Assembly (NCBI GenBank): GCA_977020255.1
Contig: CDROCS010000666.1
Span: 62,001 to 126,000, forward strand
Source of the DNA: Obrimoposthia wandeli
Lineage: Eukaryota
Direction: 5' to 3'
Length of the DNA stretch: 64,000 nucleotides
Shown: positions 50,424 through 60,562 of the stretch, piece by piece
Layout: every line of letters starts with the position of its first letter
Numbering within the stretch: the first letter of the stretch is position 1
The notes under the pieces: generated by a model
Told to the model about the DNA's origin: nothing
Database searches by the model: none
Seen by the model: the letters and a program-made list of their open reading frames with translations, nothing else
Translations under genes and position numbers: made by a program

Positions 50424-51182
50424 TTACAACGCCAACCCATCCCAAAATAATTTACTGCCAGATAAAAAGAGAAAGAGATAACACAATTTATATATCAAAT
50501 TTTGGCTAACACGATGCAATATTCCAATACCTAATTTTACGCCTACTGGGGCTAACGGCATTAAAACGAGTGCGGTTAATAAATTGGTTTTATCAAACTC
50601 GCCAAGCAATGTGTAAGGCACTAATTTAAATAAATTAATAATGCCAAATAGTACAGCCATGGTCGCAACAAGCACGACTTTATCAAGCTTTAACGGTAAT
50701 AAATAAATACTCGCGGGGCCGCCACCGGCATGAATAGCAGTGCTCGAAAAACCACTGAGCACACTCCAAAACCAAGCTGTTATTACACCTAATATCCCCC
50801 TCGGTTTTTTATTCACTTTATTTCTAGAAAGAATATACTGCAAACAAAACAAAAGTGATAAGCCACCGATTAACAATTTCAATCCCGCTTCCGGTGTAAC
50901 ACTGAGAAATAAACCCGCGAGTACAACACCCACCACCGCTCCGGGTAGCATTAATTTGATCTGAGTATAATCTGCATGTCGATAATGTTCTTTTATCGCA
51001 AAGACATCCATTAAACATAAGATGGGTAAAAGAATCGCGGCAGCTTGAGTAGGGGCAATCGTTAATGCCATTAATGGCACAGCAATAATACCTAATGCGC
51101 CGCCCAAACCACCTTTACCGATCCCATAGATCAATACTGCAGGAATTGCAGTGACATAAAACCAAGGATCGGAAACGATCAT
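50424..51182 (-). CDS. Sulfite exporter TauE/SafE-family protein
   Basis: GIGKGGLGG, AAAILLPILCLMD and HAGGGP. Confidence 0.9.
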   Translation of the reverse strand: MIVSDPWFYVTAIPAVLIYGIGKGGLGGALGIIAVPLMALTIAPTQAAAILLPILCLMDVFAIKEHYRHADYTQIKLMLPGAVVGVVLAGLFLSVTPEAGLKLLIGGLSLLFCLQYILSRNKVNKKPRGILGVITAWFWSVLSGFSSTAIHAGGGPASIYLLPLKLDKVVLVATMAVLFGIINLFKLVPYTLLGEFDKTNLLTALVLMPLAPVGVKLGIGILHRVSQNLIYKLCYLFLFLSGSKLFWDGLAL

Positions 51183-51279
51183 ATAATTTATCCATCTACG
51201 ATCATAAATATAAAAGAGCTGTTTCTTAACTGAGCGATTGTTTTACTGATCGACGTTTTTATTTATCGACAGTTCAATC

Positions 51280-52170
51280 CTAGCCAAAACCTCTTTTAGC
51301 TAAATACTTACGACTGCGCTTTATATCAGGCAGTGTTGTGGATGAATTACGAGGATCGCGCTCTTGCTCTATGGTGATCCACCCTGTGTAACCAATTTCA
51401 GTCAGCACTTGTTGAACTGCATCATAATCGACAGCACCTTCGCCAATTGGGCACATCACCCCATCAGCACATGCTTGCCAAAAACCAACCCGAGATTCGA
51501 TAACACTGTGCAATACAGCATCGTTTACGTCTTTAAAGTGCACGTAATCTAAACGGTTCGCATACTGCTTCAAGCTTTTAGCTGGATCCATTCCTGCGTA
51601 ATATAAGTGACCCGTATCAAGGCACAGCCCCACTTCATCATGCGTCAGTTCTGCCAACATACGGTCGACTTCATCTTCATATTCGATATAACCACCAGCA
51701 TGGGGGTGAACAACTGCGCGAATATCAAATGCTTTAGCAATCGCACTGATCTGACGAATAGTACCCATCATCACCGACCACTTACCGTTATCTAACCGTG
51801 GCGCTAAATCGCTTAACCCTGCGAACTGGCTGCGTACATCATTAACACAATCGATAACAACCAATTTATCGGCACCGATTTTTTGTAATAACGCACACAG
51901 TGTTTTGGTTTTATTGAGTATGTCAGTTTGACTATCGATATCAGATAACGGTTCGAAAATCGTTCCTGCGCAAATCTCAAGCTCTTTCAAAAATAAAGCC
52001 GTATTCACTGAATCAGCATCGAGCGGCATAAAGCCATATGGGCCAAGCTCTAATCCCGCAAAGCCAGCTTCATTGGTTTCATGTAATACATGCATCCAAT
52101 CTGGATTATGAGGATTATCTGCCGATTCTACGCCCCAGCAGCAAGGTGCACACGCAATCATATAACTCAT
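51280..52170 (-). CDS. IolE/MocC-like sugar-phosphate isomerase/dehydratase (AP-endonuclease 2 TIM barrel)
   Basis: PCCWG, ELGP, HPHAGG..E, CLDTGH, HFKD, GEGAVD and EQE. Confidence 0.82.
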   Translation of the reverse strand: MSYMIACAPCCWGVESADNPHNPDWMHVLHETNEAGFAGLELGPYGFMPLDADSVNTALFLKELEICAGTIFEPLSDIDSQTDILNKTKTLCALLQKIGADKLVVIDCVNDVRSQFAGLSDLAPRLDNGKWSVMMGTIRQISAIAKAFDIRAVVHPHAGGYIEYEDEVDRMLAELTHDEVGLCLDTGHLYYAGMDPAKSLKQYANRLDYVHFKDVNDAVLHSVIESRVGFWQACADGVMCPIGEGAVDYDAVQQVLTEIGYTGWITIEQERDPRNSSTTLPDIKRSRKYLAKRGFG

Positions 52171-52235
52171 GTTCTACTCCTTTTATATACAGGAATTTTT
52201 AACTCTTTCTACTATACGGACTTTTCCTATCGTGG

Positions 52236-52257
52236 CGGTTTGCATTTTTGCAAACCG
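52236..52257. promoter_or_regulatory. Palindrome between the divergent iolE-like and atoB genes
   Basis: CGGTTTGCA-TTTT-TGCAAACCG. Confidence 0.55.
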
Positions 52258-52344
52258 GGTTTGATCTAATGGCTATAACACCCAAATCAAACATCCTTTT
52301 ACACTGAATCTGTATTCGATAATCCATGAAAACAGGATGAAGTT

Positions 52345-53556
52345 ATGGAACCCATTTACATCGTAGCGGCAAAGCGTACTCCTATTGGTAGTTTTAACGG
52401 CTCTCTAGCCCCTGTATCGGCACCTGAACTGGGTGCTATTGCCATTCGCAGCGCATTAAATCAATGCCATCTAGATCCCACGCTTGTCGACGAAGTGATT
52501 GTGGGTAACGTATTAAGTGCCGGCATCGGCATGGGGCCAGGCAGACAAGCTGCAATCGCCGCTGGTATTCCCGACACGGTGCCCGCTTATACCCTTAACA
52601 TGATTTGTGGTAGCGGCATGAAAACCGTCATGGATGCGGCTAGCCATATTCGTTCTGGTGATGCTGAAATCATTGTGGCATGTGGTATGGAAAACATGTC
52701 TCAAGCCCCTTTTTTACAGTCTTATCAAATGCGAGCTGGCGTTCGAATGGGTAACCAAACCATTGAAGACAGTATTATTAAAGACGGGCTAACCGATGTG
52801 TTTAATCAATATCACATGGGTATTACTGCTGAAAATATCGCGGAAAAACTCAATATATCGCGAGAAGAACAAGATGCTTTTGCCCTATCTAGCCAAAAAA
52901 ACGCAGCAATAGCATTAGAAAGTCATGGCTTTAAATCTGAAATAGAGCCTGTAAATGTGACTCACCGTCGCAAGACAAATTGCATTGAAAACGATGAATA
53001 CCCAAAAACGAACACCACAGCAGAATCACTCGCTAACTTACGTCCAGCCTTCAAGAAAGACGGAACAGTAACAGCGGGTAATGCATCGGGAATCAATGAT
53101 GGTGCAGCGGCGATTATTCTGGCGTCTAAATCAGCGGTTGAACGTTACCAATTAGAACCCATTGCTGAAATTGTGGGTTACGGCCAAGCGGGTGTTTCAC
53201 CAGATGTAATGGGGCTCGGCCCTGTACCCGCGATTGCAAATGTTCTCGATAAAACCCAATTATCGCTGAGTAACATTGAATACTTTGAATTAAATGAAGC
53301 GTTTGCGGCGCAAGCACTCGGCGTGGTTAAACAATTAGCCGAACAACACGATGTCGACCAACAATGGATATTAGATCGCACCAATCACAACGGTGGTGCC
53401 ATCGCACTTGGGCATCCGTTAGGTGCATCAGGCAACCGTATTCTCGTAAGCCTTATCTATGAATTAGAACGTCAAAACAAAGAGTATGGATTGGCATCGT
53501 TATGTATAGGCGGTGGCATGGGAACAGCCGTTATCGTTCGTCGTTGCTCGAAATAA
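52345..53556 (+). CDS. atoB: Acetyl-CoA acetyltransferase
   Basis: MICGSGMK, NEAFA, GHPLGASG and CIGGGMG. Confidence 0.92.
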   Translation: MEPIYIVAAKRTPIGSFNGSLAPVSAPELGAIAIRSALNQCHLDPTLVDEVIVGNVLSAGIGMGPGRQAAIAAGIPDTVPAYTLNMICGSGMKTVMDAASHIRSGDAEIIVACGMENMSQAPFLQSYQMRAGVRMGNQTIEDSIIKDGLTDVFNQYHMGITAENIAEKLNISREEQDAFALSSQKNAAIALESHGFKSEIEPVNVTHRRKTNCIENDEYPKTNTTAESLANLRPAFKKDGTVTAGNASGINDGAAAIILASKSAVERYQLEPIAEIVGYGQAGVSPDVMGLGPVPAIANVLDKTQLSLSNIEYFELNEAFAAQALGVVKQLAEQHDVDQQWILDRTNHNGGAIALGHPLGASGNRILVSLIYELERQNKEYGLASLCIGGGMGTAVIVRRCSK

Positions 53557-53583
53557 GCCTAAGAATGTAAGAAGGAACACAAC

Positions 53584-54237
53584 ATGAAAAAAATTATTTC
53601 AGCAGAAGCTATTGCCAGCAAACTTCATGACGGTATGACAATCATGATCGGTGGATTCATGGCAAATGGCGCCCCTGAAGGCTTAATTGATATTTTACTT
53701 GAACATAATATCAAAGATATCACCTTGATCACCACCGACACCGGCACTCCTATTACTGGTTCAGGTAGACTTATTTCAGAGCGCCGTATCAAGAAACTGT
53801 TCGCATCGCATGTTGGAACCAACCCAGAAACCGGCAACCAAATGAATGCCGGTGAACTCGATGTTGAGCTAGTACCACAAGGTACATTAGCCGAAAGAAT
53901 TCGTGCAGGAGGCGCAGGCCTCGGTGGCATTCTAACTCCAACAGGCTTAGGCACGCTCGTTGCAGAAAACAAACAGGTTATCACTGTTGATGGTGAAGAT
54001 TTCTTATTAGAAAAGCCCCTTCGTGCTGATTTGGCCTTTATTCGAGGTTCTATTGTCGATACTAAAGGCAATGTGTTTTATAAAAAGACCACTCAGAATT
54101 TCAACCCGTTAATGGCAACCGCGGCCGACTTAGTCATAGTCGAAGCCGAAACGCTCGTTGATGTGGGTCAAATAGAACCAGAATGCGTTCATACTCCAGG
54201 TTTGTTCGTTGATTATGTTTATCAGGGAGGAAAATAA
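53584..54237 (+). CDS. atoD: Acetoacetate CoA-transferase alpha subunit
   Basis: DGMTIMIGGF and PQGTLAERIRAGGAG. Confidence 0.92.
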   Translation: MKKIISAEAIASKLHDGMTIMIGGFMANGAPEGLIDILLEHNIKDITLITTDTGTPITGSGRLISERRIKKLFASHVGTNPETGNQMNAGELDVELVPQGTLAERIRAGGAGLGGILTPTGLGTLVAENKQVITVDGEDFLLEKPLRADLAFIRGSIVDTKGNVFYKKTTQNFNPLMATAADLVIVEAETLVDVGQIEPECVHTPGLFVDYVYQGGK

Positions 54238-54238
54238 T

Positions 54239-54910
54239 ATGGCGCTAGATAAACATCAAATTCGTCGTAATATCGCGTGGCGTGTGGCACAAGAACTGAA
54301 CGATGGTGATGTGGTGAATTTAGGCATCGGCATGCCGTCTCTTGTTGCTAACGAGATCAATTGTGATATTGAATTGATTCTACAATCTGAAAATGGATTA
54401 CTCGGCATTGCTGGCTTAGCTGATATTACCAATACCGACCCTGATTTGGTTAACGCAGGCGGACAACCTATTACCGAAACAGCAGGCGCGAGCTATTTCA
54501 ATAGTGCCGACTCTTTTGCGATTATTCGTGGTGGTCACGTTGATGTAACCGTATTAGGTGCATTGCAGGTCGATGAACAAGGTAATTTAGCCAACTGGAT
54601 TATACCGGGGAAGATGGTTCCCGGCATGGGTGGCGCGATGGATCTTGTAGTGGGTGCAAAGAAAGTGATTGTATCGATGGAGCACACAGCGAAAGGCAAA
54701 CATAAACTATTGAACCACTGCACATTGCCGCTAACAGCCACCAATCAAGTTAATATGATCATCACTGAAATGGGTGTTATCGAAATAACCCCAGAAGGTA
54801 TGCTACTAACAGAAATTGCCCCAGAATATACGGTAGAAGAGGTTCAACAGGCAACCGAAGCGACGTTAATCATTGCTGATAATTTAAAAGTTATTCCCTT
54901 CCCTGAATAA
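54239..54910 (+). CDS. atoA: Acetoacetate CoA-transferase beta subunit
   Basis: NLGIGMP, QSENG (catalytic Glu) and GMGGAMDLV. Confidence 0.92.
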   Translation: MALDKHQIRRNIAWRVAQELNDGDVVNLGIGMPSLVANEINCDIELILQSENGLLGIAGLADITNTDPDLVNAGGQPITETAGASYFNSADSFAIIRGGHVDVTVLGALQVDEQGNLANWIIPGKMVPGMGGAMDLVVGAKKVIVSMEHTAKGKHKLLNHCTLPLTATNQVNMIITEMGVIEITPEGMLLTEIAPEYTVEEVQQATEATLIIADNLKVIPFPE

Positions 54911-54993
54911 TATTTGCGAACCAATATAATTAAAAAAGATAACTAACAAATACAACTAAGCCATGTAACTAAACAGTACGGCGAATAAATGCA

Positions 54994-55023
54994 GAATAGG
55001 TGTCGCACAGCCGACACCTATTC
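54994..55023. terminator. Hairpin between convergent atoA and olsF-like genes
   Basis: GAATAGGTGTCG-n6-CGACACCTATTC, 12-bp perfect stem. Confidence 0.7.
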
Positions 55024-55099
55024 ATGTTTACTAAACACTCACTAAAGCTGCCTCAAAACGTAAACTAAGCCAATACCTCGAATAATCATTTGTTATCAG

Positions 55100-56977
55100 T
55101 TACTCATTCGTAATATGCGCTGCCAAATACGCTTTGGCTTGTTCACGCCCCATGTATTTGCCCAAGGTTTTTTCGGGTACTTGCGCCAAGTTCACCACAA
55201 TCAAACCATCTAATGCATCGTTAAATGCAGGGTCGACGTTAAAGCACACCAACTTACCTTTCAACCCAAGATACTGACGCAGTAATACTGGCAAACCACG
55301 ACCATGTTCTAAGCGACTCAACACTTTTGATAATAACTGCACATCACCTAACGCAGACAGCATATCGGTATGCCAGAAGGCCTGCCCGTCACCTTTCAAT
55401 GGCGTGGTAGCATTTACTAATGCCGCTTTGGCGTTGTCATAATGATGAACCGTTAATGTCGATGCCATTAGCTGACGCGCCACTAAACTGTAGTCATTAC
55501 TGATGCTGACAGGGCCAAACAAATGGGTATATTGCGGGTGACGCGAAACAAACGTCGCAATGCCTTTCCATAGCAACAATAACGCACTTAAACTGCGTTG
55601 ATACGGTGCGGCAACCACAGAACGACCTAATTCTATTGATTTACCTAACTGGTTAATAAACGCTTCATCGTAATTAAACAAACTACGTGAATATAACCCG
55701 TCTATGCCTTGTTTCTCGACCAACTCATCCACCAACCCCATACGATAAGCACCCACTAATTCGTGACGGGTGTTATGCCATACAATAAGCTGGTGATAAT
55801 GCGGATCATAACCATCTACATCGCATGCTAACCCCGTGCCTTCACCCACCGCACGAAAACTAATTTCACGTACGCGTCCAATTTCTTGCATCATCATTGG
55901 AATTACGGCAGAACGCACGCAGTACACATCGAAATCCCCTTGGGTTAACAAGTGGCAGTTCGGCTCAAGCAGATCCATTTCTGCTTGCAATAAAGCGGGG
56001 GCAATCGCCGTAATCACGGGTTCAGTATCAGTATCAGTATCAGTATCAGACATTAACTTACTTGCTATCGATTCATAAGCAGCTGACTCATAAACGCCTG
56101 ATTTATTGACCAATGATTGAGTATTGTTATTACCTTGCAGCGGATTCGTCGCACTCAATAAATAGGTATTAAGTCGCAGGTAATTCACCACTTTCTGATC
56201 GCTATCTAACGCTTTCAATTCAGAAAACGGAATCGCATCACCAATGGCAATCGACATGGTTTGATTGTGCTTATTCAGCAACTCACGCCCCAGCAACAAA
56301 GTACGCAGCATCGGGTGAATGGTGCCTGCTTTGTAAAAGGCTTTACTATTGTGACCATCAATAAAGATTGGCACCGTGGTCGCTTGGCTACGTTTAACCA
56401 ATTTAGCCACAGAGCGGCTCCATGCTTTGTCGATCAAGCGGTGTGGCATAGCCTGCGTTTCTTCGGCAGAATCTGACGCGGATTGATAGGTCGACACTTC
56501 GCCTGCCGGAAAAATCAGTAGTAATCCCCCTTCTGCCAAATGCTGATAGGCTTCTCGCATGGCTTTTATATTGGCTTTAATCGCCTCTTTGCCTTCAAAC
56601 ACATCGACGGCGATAAACAACTCGCTGATTTCAGGTAAACGCTTTAAATAATGATTCGCCAACACTTTAATGTCATTACGTACATGCCCTAATAATTCAG
56701 CCAACATTACGCCTTCTATCGCGCCCAGCGGGTGATTCGCCACCACAACCGTTGCGCCATTTAGCGGAACATGATCTAAACTGCCTTTAGTAACTTGATA
56801 CTCAATACCCAACACATCGAGGGTATAACGCATGAATGCATGGGCACTTAGCCCTGCTGGTCGTTGTTGATATAGTGCATCAAGTTGGCTTAGCCCTGTT
56901 GCCCATTCAGCGACAGATTCCCCTAAACCAAAGGGCGTAACGCGCGGTAAACGAAACGGGCTACTTTGCGCATTCAT
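55100..56977 (-). CDS. OlsF-like bifunctional amino-lipid synthase (PlsC-type O-acyltransferase plus OlsB/GNAT N-acyltransferase)
   Basis: VVANHPLGAIEG, FPAGEV; EIGRVREISFR..D.YD..Y, IELGRS and LLRQYL. Confidence 0.85.
   Translation of the reverse strand: MNAQSSPFRLPRVTPFGLGESVAEWATGLSQLDALYQQRPAGLSAHAFMRYTLDVLGIEYQVTKGSLDHVPLNGATVVVANHPLGAIEGVMLAELLGHVRNDIKVLANHYLKRLPEISELFIAVDVFEGKEAIKANIKAMREAYQHLAEGGLLLIFPAGEVSTYQSASDSAEETQAMPHRLIDKAWSRSVAKLVKRSQATTVPIFIDGHNSKAFYKAGTIHPMLRTLLLGRELLNKHNQTMSIAIGDAIPFSELKALDSDQKVVNYLRLNTYLLSATNPLQGNNNTQSLVNKSGVYESAAYESIASKLMSDTDTDTDTEPVITAIAPALLQAEMDLLEPNCHLLTQGDFDVYCVRSAVIPMMMQEIGRVREISFRAVGEGTGLACDVDGYDPHYHQLIVWHNTRHELVGAYRMGLVDELVEKQGIDGLYSRSLFNYDEAFINQLGKSIELGRSVVAAPYQRSLSALLLLWKGIATFVSRHPQYTHLFGPVSISNDYSLVARQLMASTLTVHHYDNAKAALVNATTPLKGDGQAFWHTDMLSALGDVQLLSKVLSRLEHGRGLPVLLRQYLGLKGKLVCFNVDPAFNDALDGLIVVNLAQVPEKTLGKYMGREQAKAYLAAHITNE
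56022..56049. repeat. In-frame hexamer microsatellite (TCAGTA)4
   Basis: Encodes SDTDTDTDTE in the interdomain linker of the OlsF-like protein. Confidence 0.9.
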
Positions 56978-57104
56978 ACAATACCTCCCTTTTCGGTATC
57001 AGTGCCAACAGAGTGCCGAAGATAAAAACAATAAAAAACGAGAGCCCACCCGCGAGTGATAATAATGCGGGGCGTGACGTGCCTGTCTGTGTTGTTATAT
57101 TCAT
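56961..57104 (-). CDS. 47-aa single-TM small protein (below ORF-track cutoff)
   Basis: AAGGA RBS; MNITTQTGTSRPALLSLAGGLSFFIVFIFGTLLALIPKREVLYECAK*; overlaps the olsF-like start. Confidence 0.55.
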   Translation of the reverse strand: MNITTQTGTSRPALLSLAGGLSFFIVFIFGTLLALIPKREVLYECAK

Positions 57105-57231
57105 AAAGTAATCCTTATTTTTTTAGGCATATACGTATCCCTCGCCCCGTGTCGGCACAGCGATTAATAAATGAGGGATGGGTAGCACTTTTATTTACGC
57201 GCTTTTATTTATAAGGCTTTATTCATAGCAG

Positions 57232-57687
57232 TTAATTAGCGAGCAGTATCGGCCAGTTTTTGTCGCCCTTCACGATAAACCCTGCAATATCTTGCTCCCA
57301 ACGTTGCTTAATCGTTTTGTCATAATTCAGATACAATTTAGGCGTATTGTCAGAGCCTTTTACGATAGTCCATTGCTGGGGATCGCCCGGAGCACGGTCG
57401 TTCTTAGCCGCTACAGCCCAAGCACAGAATCCACCGTATTGCGGGGCATATTTCTCAGGATTACTCACAAACAGATCACGATTTTGCTTAGAGGAAAAAT
57501 ACCAATCTGCGCCTTTATATTCGGTAATGTAGGCGCTATTCCCTTTAACGGGTTTGCCCTCGGTGAAATAGGCAACCGTGTCGTAACCATCTAAAGCTTT
57601 ATTACTGAAATATCCAGTATAAATAGCGTCACCTGCCAATACAGACCCACTGACTAGTAATAAAAGTAATCCCATTAATGCTTTCAT
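57232..57687 (-). CDS. Periplasmic YHS-domain protein (Cys form)
   Basis: Signal peptide; ALDGYDTVAYF, F..NPEKYAPQYGGFCAW and LYLNY. Confidence 0.9.
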   Translation of the reverse strand: MKALMGLLLLLVSGSVLAGDAIYTGYFSNKALDGYDTVAYFTEGKPVKGNSAYITEYKGADWYFSSKQNRDLFVSNPEKYAPQYGGFCAWAVAAKNDRAPGDPQQWTIVKGSDNTPKLYLNYDKTIKQRWEQDIAGFIVKGDKNWPILLAN

Positions 57688-57829
57688 GTATTCCCTTTCC
57701 TTTTTTTACCGTTATTCAGCTTATAACCGACAAACATCTTCTCTCATAGAAGATTAAAATAGATGTTCAATACTGGTTCGCTAATGCGTCATGTTTTTCG
57801 ACTTTTTCTCGAATAGTCTTTTGAATGTT

Positions 57830-58648
57830 CTAAATAATGAGTTCTGCTGGTGCAGTAATCATCTTCCTGACTAATAAGAACGAGGACGTCGGGGTTTTAT
57901 TGCCATTTATTTCTCTTTTTTCGCAATTTTTATCGTCACAAAGCGATCCCGCGAGATAATTCATGGTTAATAACTGCGGGGTCACTTCAATGTGCGTGAA
58001 ACTAACGGTATGCGCATCGGCGCGGTGCATACAGGCAGAAAGGTGGCTGTGGCAACCATTGCGTTTAAACGCTAACAATTCGTCTCTCGGTACATGGCTG
58101 GCATGAAACGCACGCAACGATTCAGCCGTCACACCGTGTTCAACGTAGCGCAGATATTCCCCTTGGCGGTGTGCCGTCACATTGTGCAAATCGACCCCCG
58201 ACGACACCATCGGTGCTTGCGGTGTGATGGTCAAAAGTGAAATACCGTTCCAGCACATACCCAGTACTTCCCCGTGTGATTGCGTTAACGTCGGATCAAA
58301 CAGCATTAAACTGAAAGGCGCATAATGCAGTAAGGGCACCGTATCCAACATGGCTAATGCTTCATGTGCGGTGCGGCAATTGGCGAGCTGTTTGATCAAT
58401 AACCCGCGACTGATTAGCGGGTGTTGCGGTATTTTCCCTTGATAGAAATTCAACAAACACAGCGATAAACCGTGCTCGTTCATTGCAATCCAACTGCCAC
58501 CACCCACAGGGTCTACCGGCATCACAAATTCAGTGCCCGTGTTATCGAAACGAGTTGGCGGTAAGGCTTCTTGTCGCCCCTTCTGCTCATCACGGTTAAA
58601 ATAAATTTGATAGCCCGAGGACGTTAACATCCAAGTTGCCGTACACAT
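57830..58648 (-). CDS. NRDE/TANGO2-family Ntn-fold protein
   Basis: MCT N-terminus (Cys2), FNRDE, GGSWIAMN and SRG. Confidence 0.9.
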   Translation of the reverse strand: MCTATWMLTSSGYQIYFNRDEQKGRQEALPPTRFDNTGTEFVMPVDPVGGGSWIAMNEHGLSLCLLNFYQGKIPQHPLISRGLLIKQLANCRTAHEALAMLDTVPLLHYAPFSLMLFDPTLTQSHGEVLGMCWNGISLLTITPQAPMVSSGVDLHNVTAHRQGEYLRYVEHGVTAESLRAFHASHVPRDELLAFKRNGCHSHLSACMHRADAHTVSFTHIEVTPQLLTMNYLAGSLCDDKNCEKREINGNKTPTSSFLLVRKMITAPAELII

Positions 58649-59232
58649 TATGCCTGCCCTCGTAAGTAACTCGCTGTCGCGGGTGCTATACCAAAATCAG
58701 TACTCACATTGGCATTGCAATATAATACCGACACGCGGATTAACGCATAATGGTGGATGGCATGCGCGGCCACAAAAATCAATTCACGCGCCATGCTCGA
58801 CGTTAACTGCTCAGAATATTGTTGATGCAACGACACTTCTGTTTTTACTTCAACATGGCGGTAAATATCGTCACTGCGTAAAGCCAGTAACCACTGTTTA
58901 ATGTGTTCTAATTCGCGTAAAGCGGTTGTACGGCATGCTTCAACGGGTGCCCCACGGCGGCGAAAATTATAATCGATGATCCCTGTTTTTTGTTCATTCA
59001 TCAGCGAGAAATACAAATCAAGGCTATGGCGAAAATGCTCACCAATACTGCTGTTTACATACGGCGCTGCTACGTGCTGATAATCTTCATCACTTAAGGT
59101 GTCTAATAGCGCAATGCCTTGTTCAATCACATCCATATTGCCTGTTACACAAGAATCTAATGCGTGCACATCCGATGCCAAAGGCGAAATTCTGGGGCTA
59201 CTTTGCGTTGCTGAGTTCGCTGATATTGTCAT
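58648..59232 (-). CDS. DinB/YfiT-superfamily protein
   Basis: SIGEHFRH, YNFRRRG and RELIFVAAHAIHH His triad. Confidence 0.88.
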   Translation of the reverse strand: MTISANSATQSSPRISPLASDVHALDSCVTGNMDVIEQGIALLDTLSDEDYQHVAAPYVNSSIGEHFRHSLDLYFSLMNEQKTGIIDYNFRRRGAPVEACRTTALRELEHIKQWLLALRSDDIYRHVEVKTEVSLHQQYSEQLTSSMARELIFVAAHAIHHYALIRVSVLYCNANVSTDFGIAPATASYLRGQA

Positions 59233-59268
59233 AATTACCTCTTTTTATTTATTCAATTACAACGAGTT

Positions 59269-60474
59269 CTAATCTGTCGCGGGATAATGCTCCACCAAGG
59301 CTTTCTCGGCACGCCACGCTTTATACAATGCCCACAGCGAGGGGGTTTTATGGCCCGCTTTTCGTTGCAAATCACCTATTTCATACAAGGTGCGATACTG
59401 AACCAACAAGGTGCTAAAAATCTCTTTCAGTGGCGTATTCCGGTCCCAAATATGGGCGGCTTCACTGCTGGCCCCATTTACTTCAAGAATAGTCAATTTT
59501 TCGCCCTTCATCAGGCTCTCTATATTATGGAACTTCACATCTAACCGACCAAAATGAAAACCCGGTAAATCATCAAAAATATAATCCAAACGTTCAGCTA
59601 ACTGTTCTGTGATGTATTGATTACCATTGCGGAAAATACAACCACGGCTGTGACTGCCCGCAAACGCCAAACGGAAATGACACCCTTCGGTTAGCACCCA
59701 ATCTAATTTGTCTTGATGGCGCGGTAAATACAGGTGACGAAGCTGCCCTGCTCGGGGGTCATTTTCGATTAATTGCGCCAACGTACTCGTACCATCGCCA
59801 ACCACAAACGGGGTGTATTTCAAGGTAATAGACGTTACACGGCCTTTCATCTCGCCGGGGTAACGAATATAAAACACCCCTGCTTCGGCATCGTATGGCG
59901 CTTTTTCTTGCAATAAATAACGGGCACCCAACGGGAAAGTGCGAATGTATTCCATCACTCCTGCTTCGTCTTCAAGCAGTTTTACCCCGACGCCACGACA
60001 CCCCATATCTGGTTTCGCGACGATAGGAAAATCGATGCCTTCATCTTGCATCGCCAGCAACGCATCGTTCAACTGCATAAATTCAGGCATATCGGTACGC
60101 GTTAATGTGACAAACGGCGATATCCATTTTTTCGCCTCTGACCCCGCCAGCGCTAAAATGTCATTTTTCGATTCACCGACCATGCCACTTAAGGCAATGC
60201 CAGGGTTGGCAATTAACGGCAACGCGAAATTGCGGTATTTCACCCCATGCCACAGGCTTTGCATCACAACAGGCGTGTAGAAAAACCATGCAGGCCAGAA
60301 CTCGTAACGCGACACACTCGCCCCCGTGTCTGGTTCCATTTTTGGCATACCGGCATTCACAGGATTAACCGATTCAATGATCGACAACTGAGGAGGATGC
60401 GAGGCCGCTCGTTCTGAAATAAGCTCAGGCTCATGCGAAATCGGTGAATCCTGCAATACTGACTTAACTGTCAT
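59269..60474 (-). CDS. ATP-grasp ligase (D-Ala-D-Ala-ligase-like fold)
   Basis: FPIVAKPDMGCRGVGV, LLQE, GRLDVKF and LEVNG. Confidence 0.88.
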   Translation of the reverse strand: MTVKSVLQDSPISHEPELISERAASHPPQLSIIESVNPVNAGMPKMEPDTGASVSRYEFWPAWFFYTPVVMQSLWHGVKYRNFALPLIANPGIALSGMVGESKNDILALAGSEAKKWISPFVTLTRTDMPEFMQLNDALLAMQDEGIDFPIVAKPDMGCRGVGVKLLEDEAGVMEYIRTFPLGARYLLQEKAPYDAEAGVFYIRYPGEMKGRVTSITLKYTPFVVGDGTSTLAQLIENDPRAGQLRHLYLPRHQDKLDWVLTEGCHFRLAFAGSHSRGCIFRNGNQYITEQLAERLDYIFDDLPGFHFGRLDVKFHNIESLMKGEKLTILEVNGASSEAAHIWDRNTPLKEIFSTLLVQYRTLYEIGDLQRKAGHKTPSLWALYKAWRAEKALVEHYPATD

Positions 60475-60562
60475 GGCTTTTAGCCTCTCTTCCCTAAAAT
60501 TAAATATGCTTATCGTTATAAGTGTTATTACGATAACTGTTTCTTACATAGCCAAGTAACGA

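Noticed and set aside
52233-52252. Sigma-54 promoter upstream of atoB
   Set aside because: GG-to-GC spacing is 6 or 11 nt, not the required 10; better read as a palindromic operator.
56022-56049. GTATC repeats in olsF as another GATAC operator
   Set aside because: Six-bp period inside a coding linker, not the 10-11 bp phased intergenic pattern.
57232-57687. Selenocysteine recoding in the YHS protein
   Set aside because: The motif YGGFCAW uses TGT (Cys), and there is no in-frame TGA.
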